From NCBI RefSeq assembly GCF_000738915.1, contig NW_026515634.1:723156-787155 (forward strand): a stretch of 64,000 nucleotides of DNA, in the 5' to 3' direction. Shown one piece after another: positions 21,355 through 28,818 of this stretch; within the stretch, counting starts at the first letter, position 1, and every line of letters begins with the position of its first letter. The position numbers were made by a program, and so were the translations under genes. The notes under the pieces were generated by a model. The model made no database searches, was not told the DNA's origin, and was given only the letters and a program-made list of their open reading frames with translations. This stretch comes from Nematocida ausubeli (lineage: Eukaryota).

Positions 21355-22045
21355 TAGGATTATAGCATGGTACAGGACTTAATCCACTTTGTCAGGACTT
21401 ATGGCAGAGTGACAAGACTTAATCCACTCTATCCTAAACTTGACAAGACTTAATCCACTTATAAACTCACCAAGACTTATTACATATACACCATAAGTTA
21501 TGTCATATATTACACTATTTAATCCACTAGCACCATAAGTCCTGCATAACCCCACTAACTACACCATAAACACATTACTTATTCCACTATGTCCATAAGT
21601 CCTGCACATGTTTTAATTATTTATTACACCCATGGAATAAGTCTTGTCTGTGCATTACTTACGGCCTCAGTGGAATAAGTAATAGTAAAATTGTCAGAAT
21701 ATATGGACAAAGTGTAATATATCCTGCAATATATGACTAATTACAATACAATTCCATTATTTATTACACCATGTCCATAATTCTTGTCAATTTCACCATT
21801 AATTATTCCACTAGTATCATAAGTTGTGGATTTGTGTTGTAATTAGTCAGGAAATCCACAATATATTACACCCACTCCATAATTCTTGTCAATTTCATCA
21901 TTACTTATTCCACTAGTATCATAAGTCCTGCAATATAAGACTAACTCTAACACAAATTCACAATATATTACACTATATCCATATATCCTGCAATATAAGA
22001 CTAATTACAACACAAATCCACAATATATTACACTATACATAATAT
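21355..22045. repeat. Array of the same ACAAGACTTAATCCAC motif family in mixed orientation, with higher-order repeats
   Basis: ACTT cores at 21377, 21397, 21417 and 21448; ACTTA-N-TAAGT dyads; internal duplications with 102 bp and 60 bp offsets. Confidence 0.85.
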
Positions 22046-22099
22046 ATTCTGTCTCTCCCGTATATATTTTATACTAATTTTAAACTATAATTTCATTTA

Positions 22100-22420
22100 T
22101 TATCTTGTTGATCCAAAGCCAATTAGTGTCACCCCCTGCTTCTTCAGTGAATACAATACATCTTGGCAGGAAACTGTCTTTCTCTTTCCGTGATTGCAAT
22201 ATGTCACTGCGCATCTGATGATTCCTTCAAGATACGTCTTAGCCATGTTGTTTATCTCACTGTATACTCCTGCACTAACTCTCTTTACTCCTCCTCTTCT
22301 GGCAAGGCGTCTGATTGCTGGCTTGGATATTCCCATTGTCTGTTGTGTTGTCTTTCTGTGTCTTTTTGCTGATCCTTTTCCTAATCCTTTTCCTCCCTTT
22401 CCTCTTCCTGCGACTGTCAT
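22100..22420 (-). CDS. H4: Histone H4
   Basis: [41 protein letters not shown]. Confidence 0.97.
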   Translation of the reverse strand: MTVAGRGKGGKGLGKGSAKRHRKTTQQTMGISKPAIRRLARRGGVKRVSAGVYSEINNMAKTYLEGIIRCAVTYCNHGKRKTVSCQDVLYSLKKQGVTLIGFGSTR

Positions 22421-22440
22421 AATTTTAAAAAACAAAAAAT

Positions 22441-22505
22441 TATTTATAGTTTTATTTGGCGGGAAAAAAGGGCGGGAACGGGAATGGGCGGGGGTTATCC
22501 CGCCG
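22441..22505 (-). promoter_or_regulatory. H4 promoter: CTATAAATA box plus clustered TTCCCGCC (E2F-like) motifs
   Basis: TATTTATAG at 22441-22449; GGCGGGAAA at 22458-22466; GGCGGGAA at 22471-22478. Confidence 0.65.
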
Positions 22506-22556
22506 GAAATTGCAAGAATTATGAGTTTATAGGGGAATATGGGGTTATTATAGGGA

Positions 22557-23470
22557 GTGGATTAAGTTTTGTCAGGTTTTGAGAAAGTGGAATAAGTCTT
22601 GGCATGTTTATAAAAAGTGGAAAAAGTCTTATTAGTGTGGAATAAATTATGGCAATGTGGAAAAAGTCTTGTAGGAGTGGAATAAGTCCTGGCAGGTTTG
22701 GGGAGAGAAGGAAAAAGTTCTGCCATATTTATAAAAAATGGAATAAGTCTTGTTTAGTGTGAAATAAGTTGTGACAAAGTGGAATAAGTTGTGTAATATG
22801 TGCCATAAGTCTTGTTAGTGCGGAATAAATTGTGACATTTATTAGAAGGTGTGGAAAAAGTCTTGGTGGTTTAGGGGAGAGTAGGAAAAGTCCTGTCATT
22901 TTTAGGATGATGTGGAAAAAGTCTTGTTTACCCCATAATAAAGTGGATTAAGTCTTGTTTGCCTCATAATAAAGTGGAATAAGTCTTACACTCTATGTAA
23001 TAAGTTCTGACAAAGTGGATTAAGTCCTGTTCACCTCACAATAAAGTGGATTAAGTTCTATCATATTTAGAATAAGGTGGATTAAATTATGTCATATTTA
23101 GGATAAGGTGTAAAAAGTCCTGTCATTTTCTCAATAAGGTGGAATAAGTCCTGTCACATTAATTTGCATTACTTATTCCGCAGGTATAAAAAGTCATGTC
23201 CATTCTATCATTATTTATTCCGCAGGTATAAAAAGTCCTACCCATATTATATATATATTTACAACACAATCCCTTTCATTACTTTTTCCATCTACTCCAA
23301 AAGTCCCGCCATAATTTACAAGACTTAATCCACTCATACCATAAGTCTTGTCACAAATAAATAACAAATTATACCACAATCCCCTCCATTACTTATTCCA
23401 CTCACACCAAAAGTCCTGTCAATATCACCATTACTTAATCGACCCTACCAAAAGTCCTGCACCAAGACAC
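22557..23470. repeat. Phased GTGGA(T/A)(T/A)AAGTC(T/C)TG array filling the H4-H3 intergenic region
   Basis: 23 direct copies from 22557 to 23139 at 20/21/30/31 bp spacing, then inverted and dyad copies up to ~23470. Confidence 0.95.
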
Positions 23471-23526
23471 ACCCTATTTTCACCAAACAAAAAGTACCCC
23501 CACACAAAATATAAAATATTTTCTAC

Positions 23527-23578
23527 TTTCCCGCCTTTTTCCCCCCGCCCATTTCCCCCGCCTTTTTGCCTATAAATA
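23527..23578 (+). promoter_or_regulatory. H3 promoter: TTTCCCGCC (E2F-like) motifs plus CTATAAATA box
   Basis: TTTCCCGCC at 23527-23535, CCCGCC variants between 23541 and 23562, CTATAAATA at 23570-23578. Confidence 0.65.
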
Positions 23579-23597
23579 AAACAAGAATTTTCACAGC

Positions 23598-23993
23598 ATG
23601 GCAAGAACCAAGCAGACAGCAAGAAAGAGCACAGGAGGAAAAGCACCAAGAAAGCAATTAGCCACAAAGGCAGCAAAGAAAAGCACAGTAGCCACAAAAA
23701 GACCACACAGATTCAAGGCAGGCACAGTGGCCCTAAGGGAAATAAGAAAGTACCAAAAGACAACGGATTTATTAATCAGAAAATTACCATTCCAGAGACT
23801 AGTCAGGGAAGTAGCCTCAGAGTTTAAGGCGGAGGTTCGATTCCAGTCATCTTCAATTCTTGCAATCCAGGAAAGTCTGGAGAATTATCTCACAGGATTA
23901 TTTGAAGACAGCAACAGATGCGCAATTCATGCGAAGAGAGTCACATTAATGGCACGGGACTTGCATTTGGTGCACAAGATAAAATCAATATAA
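23598..23993 (+). CDS. H3: Histone H3
   Basis: [53 protein letters not shown]. Confidence 0.97.
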   Translation: MARTKQTARKSTGGKAPRKQLATKAAKKSTVATKRPHRFKAGTVALREIRKYQKTTDLLIRKLPFQRLVREVASEFKAEVRFQSSSILAIQESLENYLTGLFEDSNRCAIHAKRVTLMARDLHLVHKIKSI

Positions 23994-24014
23994 TAAAATG
24001 TTTAAATTTAATTA

Positions 24015-24195
24015 GTAATTATATACGGGAAAAAGAGGGTCTGTAAGGGTGTCCCCTTGGATTATATTTATGAGAGGGATGTAAGGGTACCCCCTTAGAA
24101 GTGTTTATTATTTTAGTGGATGCAAGGGGGGAGTATTGGATTATATATTTATAAGAGGGATGTAAGGGAGGAGTATTGGAGGTATTGAGAAATGG
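24015..24195 (+). repeat. Right arm of an inverted repeat (partner at 20785-20915), built of GGATGTAAGGG subunits
   Basis: Direct sequence match to the reverse complement of the left arm. Confidence 0.9.
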
Positions 24196-24225
24196 ACGGA
24201 GTTTATGATAAATTAGTAGGAAATG

Positions 24226-24395
24226 ACAAGACTTAATCCACTTTGACAGAACTTATTACGCGAGGTGCAAGACTTAATCCACCTTATCCCAAAAATGACA
24301 GAACTTAATCCACTTTGACAAAACTTAATCCACTCTATCCTAAAACCAACAAGACTTAATCCACCTTATCCTAAAACCTACAAGACTTAATCCGC
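24226..24395 (-). repeat. Phased ACAAGACTTAATCCAC array (reverse orientation of the H4-H3 motif)
   Basis: ACTT cores at 24231, 24251, 24272, 24303, 24323, 24354 and 24385. Confidence 0.92.
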
Positions 24396-24800
24396 AAACT
24401 AATATATTCAATCTATCCTAAAGTACCCACAATAAGTACACGCAAGAAACAGACAATCTCCCTAAATACCCATTCACACTATAAATACCACAAAACACCC
24501 AAATATATATATATGCGTTTCCTACTGTGTGGAAGATGAAAAAATTTAAAGACCATCAGATTGAAGGGGTAGAGTGGATGTGGGAGAGAGTTAGGAATCG
24601 GAAGGGCGTTGTATTGAGTGATGAAATGGGGACAGGGAAGACCCTTCAGTCTTTGGAGATAATTCAGAGAGTCTGGAACTCCATTGGAAAGTCAGTTCTT
24701 ATTGTCGCACCGTGCACCCTCCTGCACAACTGGGAGAAGGAAATGGAGAAGTTTCAGTTTCCAATTCCTGCCCGAATTGTTAGATCTAGTGACACGAATG

Positions 24801-24900
24801 NNNNNNNNNNNNNNNNNNNNNNNNNNNNNNNNNNNNNNNNNNNNNNNNNNNNNNNNNNNNNNNNNNNNNNNNNNNNNNNNNNNNNNNNNNNNNNNNNNNN
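24801..24900. other. Assembly gap (100 N) flanked by an artefactual 296-bp duplication
   Basis: 24505-24800 appears identical to 24901-25196. Confidence 0.95.
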
Positions 24901-24931
24901 ATATATATATGCGTTTCCTACTGTGTGGAAG

Positions 24932-26425
24932 ATGAAAAAATTTAAAGACCATCAGATTGAAGGGGTAGAGTGGATGTGGGAGAGAGTTAGGAATCGGAAG
25001 GGCGTTGTATTGAGTGATGAAATGGGGACAGGGAAGACCCTTCAGTCTTTGGAGATAATTCAGAGAGTCTGGAACTCCATTGGAAAGTCAGTTCTTATTG
25101 TCGCACCGTGCACCCTCCTGCACAACTGGGAGAAGGAAATGGAGAAGTTTCAGTTTCCAATTCCTGCCCGAATTGTTAGATCTAGTGACACGAATGGGGT
25201 GCAATTAGTTAATGCAGCAGACGGAGAATATATTCTAATAGTGAATTATGAGCTGCTTCAGAAGAAGAAGAGTGTATTCCTGCAGACATTCTTTGATTTG
25301 GTTGTATTTGATGAAGCACAAAGGATAAAGAACCATACGACATGGGTCTCCAGGATATCCAGAACTATTGATGCAATGTGCAAGATATGCGTCACAGGTA
25401 CGCCTATACAGAATAGTCTGTCAGAACTATGGAGCATAGCAGAGACTGTGAGACCTGGGTACTTTGGGGACTATACCACGTTCAAGGCTGAAATAGAAGA
25501 CCCCTTGAAGAAGAGCACACTGAAGCACGCGACTGAATTGGAGAAAAGGAAAGGGGCTTCAATTAAGAAGCACATTAATGAGCTTATTGCGGATGTAGTA
25601 ATAAGAAGAACGAAGAAGGAAATATTCAATGAGGAGTTTAAGAAAAGGGAAGGACTATTTGTCCCAAAGAGAAAGGAGTATGTGATATACTGCGGATTCA
25701 CAGAGGAGCAGGAGGCTGTATATAATGACGTGCTGAATATGGACCTAGTTAAGAGCACTGTTCTTGGCAGGAAATCTCCTTTGAAGAGCATATCACACCT
25801 GAAGAGCGTATGCAGCCATCCATCGCTTGTGGATAAAAGAGTAACCAGCTGGCATGCAAGTGGAAAGATGAAAGTGGTCCATAGATTGCTGTTTATGTGG
25901 AGGTCTTCAAATAGAAAGATCATTCTGTTTAGTCAGTACAAGAACACGCTTAAGATTCTTGAAAGATTCATAGACACGCATGTATATAGGATTGACGGGG
26001 ACAGTCCAATAGGCAAGAGAGAAGAAATATTTAAAATATTTGGAAGTAAAGACGGGATGGAGGTGCTTTTAATGAGCATGAAGGTGGGGGGCGTTGGAGT
26101 GAATTTGCAGAAGAGTGATACTGTGATTCTATTTGACATTGACTGGAACCCATTTAATGAGGAGCAAGCTAAAGGAAGGGCACACAGAATAGGACAGGAG
26201 AAAGAAGTGGAAGTGTACAGATTACTGTGCAAAGGCACAATTGAAGAGACCATACAGATGATACAAGATGTGAAAAGAACTATTTCGAAGGGGGTTCTGG
26301 ACGGGATAAGCTCGAAGAAAGTCTTTGATAAGGTGGATCTGTGCAAACTATTCCATTACTCACACGACCCAACTGATGTTACAGATATAGATAATCTTGT
26401 CCCAACGGAAGAGACTGACCTATAG
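24932..26425 (+). CDS. SNF2-family ATPase/helicase (Rad26/ERCC6-like), ~497 aa
   Basis: LSDEMGTGKT, DEAQRIKN, TGTPIQNSLSELWS, SGKM, GGVGVNL, DWNP, QAKGRAHRIGQ. Confidence 0.93.
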   Translation: MKKFKDHQIEGVEWMWERVRNRKGVVLSDEMGTGKTLQSLEIIQRVWNSIGKSVLIVAPCTLLHNWEKEMEKFQFPIPARIVRSSDTNGVQLVNAADGEYILIVNYELLQKKKSVFLQTFFDLVVFDEAQRIKNHTTWVSRISRTIDAMCKICVTGTPIQNSLSELWSIAETVRPGYFGDYTTFKAEIEDPLKKSTLKHATELEKRKGASIKKHINELIADVVIRRTKKEIFNEEFKKREGLFVPKRKEYVIYCGFTEEQEAVYNDVLNMDLVKSTVLGRKSPLKSISHLKSVCSHPSLVDKRVTSWHASGKMKVVHRLLFMWRSSNRKIILFSQYKNTLKILERFIDTHVYRIDGDSPIGKREEIFKIFGSKDGMEVLLMSMKVGGVGVNLQKSDTVILFDIDWNPFNEEQAKGRAHRIGQEKEVEVYRLLCKGTIEETIQMIQDVKRTISKGVLDGISSKKVFDKVDLCKLFHYSHDPTDVTDIDNLVPTEETDL

Positions 26426-27441
26426 GATTCTTAAGTGCTGCATGAGAGTGTATAATAGTGTAGACACAGCCTGTAAGAATAGTATCTTTAAATTGAAGGG
26501 CCCTTATTGCCTGTTTTATGTGGCAATGTGTCTACTTCTTTATTGAAGAGGCATATACATATTTTGAGTGCACGGTTCTGAGGGTATAATAGAACTATAG
26601 AATAGAATACTGCTGTATAATTTTACAAATAAATATGCAGAAATACTGCACATTATAAATGAACAAAGTGAATAGTACTGGGTGCATACTTTCCCTGCAC
26701 CATAGTACGATAAAAATAATAAAGAAATGCTTTTATCCATCTATGCTTATAATATTGCTTACTTTCTTGTGGAATGACTGTCTTTTGATTGTTTGCTAGT
26801 GACATGCCTAAAGGGAGGGGTATTCCCGCCAGGTGATAGTAGTTTAAGATAGATAGTAGATAGGGGTATTTGCCAAGAATAACTCAAGTACAATGGCAAG
26901 CAGCTACAGAATATTTGTATATCTGTAAAGATAGGAATCATAATACTACAACTCTTTTAATGAAAGGTATATTTATTGACTAAGATCCTGTCAGAGAGGA
27001 TGCCTATAAAACTCTACTGGCCACAGAGAACAAAACAACACTCATACTATTCCTTACGGAGGCCATAATACTTCTGTGTATTCGACTGCTAGTATAATAC
27101 AATCCTCCTTGACAACAGCTCTATCGAGCTATATACTACTATCTCCCTGCCAGGTTGCCATCTTCTCTTAGACGTGTCAGTGTCTCTGGGCTATTTCGAG
27201 TTATAGGTATACCACAGGAACATGTCATTTTACAACTTCTAGCTTTATAAATAAATCCTTTAAAAACTTGTCTGTATATTGTCCGGGCTAGAGGCAAGCA
27301 CATAGAAAACAGGCTACACTGGGCTATTTTAAGAATATTATCTATTGCATTTATTACTATGTGATAAACATGCTGTTTATACTATGTTAGGCATAAATAA
27401 TAGTCTCTTCTAGTTGGCTCAAACAGAATATGTCTACTTGG

Positions 27442-27924
27442 TTATGTGCTTCTAGTGACTGCTTCTATATATGTAGGAAGTTCTGATTGCTCCGTGGTAT
27501 TGCTACCTACAGAAGATGCTGTGCTTCTCATGGCTTCATCATATGTTGGGGGGAAGTGCTCTGGCCTGCTTGAGCTTATTAAAGGAGAAAGTTCTTGTCT
27601 GTTTGTATACGCTGGGTTATTCAATCTTTGTATATCTGAATCTGACATTGATTCTTCTTGAATTGTTGATAATCCTGGTCTATATCTATTTGTGCCTCTA
27701 GTTCTATATATTACGTGATGTGTTTCTGCAGTTACTCTTCTGAGAAAACGCTTTAGTAATAAAATTGTAACCGTAAATCCAATTAAAAGTAGTATCAAAA
27801 TACCAAATAAAATTAATTCATGGCTTCCCATTTCTTCAATTGGGCGATTGTCTTCTTCACACCATATTTCATGTGGCTCACAGTTGGTTTCTTGTACTGA
27901 AGATGGTATACTCTGCTCGTCCAT
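27442..27924 (-). CDS. Single-pass membrane protein with PY motifs
   Basis: Transmembrane segment LILFGILILLLIGFTVTILLL followed by KRFLRR; PPTY and LPTY in the tail. Confidence 0.8.
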   Translation of the reverse strand: MDEQSIPSSVQETNCEPHEIWCEEDNRPIEEMGSHELILFGILILLLIGFTVTILLLKRFLRRVTAETHHVIYRTRGTNRYRPGLSTIQEESMSDSDIQRLNNPAYTNRQELSPLISSSRPEHFPPTYDEAMRSTASSVGSNTTEQSELPTYIEAVTRST

Positions 27925-28818
27925 TTAAAACTTTGCAAAAATACTATTAATAAATCATTTAAAACAGCAGTTATGATTTTACTGTATATAATTATTTTAA
28001 TAGGCAAATATTATTATTTTATTCTGCTGTAAGAGCGTAAACTCCTACTCTTATGCCAGACACACTGATAGTTGCAGTGGCCATCTTTGGTTCTTAGTTA
28101 TGAACAGTGCACCAAATGATTCTTCCTATTTTCACAGTTTGGCTTTGTAAGTTAGATCCCAGGTCTTTTTTATTAGTCTGCAACTTGTCAACTGTGTACT
28201 TTACTACTCTGGCTATATTGCTTAAGAGTTTTTAAGTCGCAGTATGCATATATTTGTTGTTTTAAAAACAAATTTGCTTGGGTTTTATGCTTATCTATTA
28301 CATATGTTTTCTATGGTTGCTTGCCTCTGCCTAACTTATTTTCTCTTACTTTTTATATACCTGTAAAAAATATCTCTTCCATACTTCATATACAAATATA
28401 TAAGTAGAAGGGGTTTTTCTCAAAAAAAAGAGGAAAGCACAGGAAAATCCAAAAAATGACATATTTTAAAGACCCATCCATGCACCGTCGCTATCCAAAG
28501 TGGTTTAGCATACAGTACAAACAAGAGATTTGATGTATAAAGAGAACATACGATGCATGCAATGTTGACATGTGGTGTGTCTTGTTATGCTCTTGTGTTT
28601 GGTTATGCATATTGCAATCTTGTCTAAATGAGCTTTCTTAAGGAATAATGTCTAGCTCTATATCCAACCTGGAGTCATGTGCTTAGTCAATTCTATTAAA
28701 ATAATTTTATTTGAAACTCTGTACAGCAGAAAGAAAGATACAAAGTAGTATTGCTACTAAAATAGTCACTCAATCGCTGTAAACAAAGAAGTGGATGTAA
28801 ACCGCTGTCTAATCTATT

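Noticed and set aside
22557..23160. CRISPR array interpretation of the repeat-spacer pattern
   Set aside because: Repeats are short and degenerate, spacers are only ~5-16 bp and related to each other, there are no cas genes, and the context is eukaryotic.
23830..23846. GGTTCGATTCC T-loop/B-box-like sequence
   Set aside because: It lies within the H3 coding sequence with no cloverleaf around it.
24505..25196. Apparent tandem duplication of the SNF2 N-terminus (632-aa ORF)
   Set aside because: The same 296 bp lies on both sides of a 100-N gap, typical of unmerged contig overlap.
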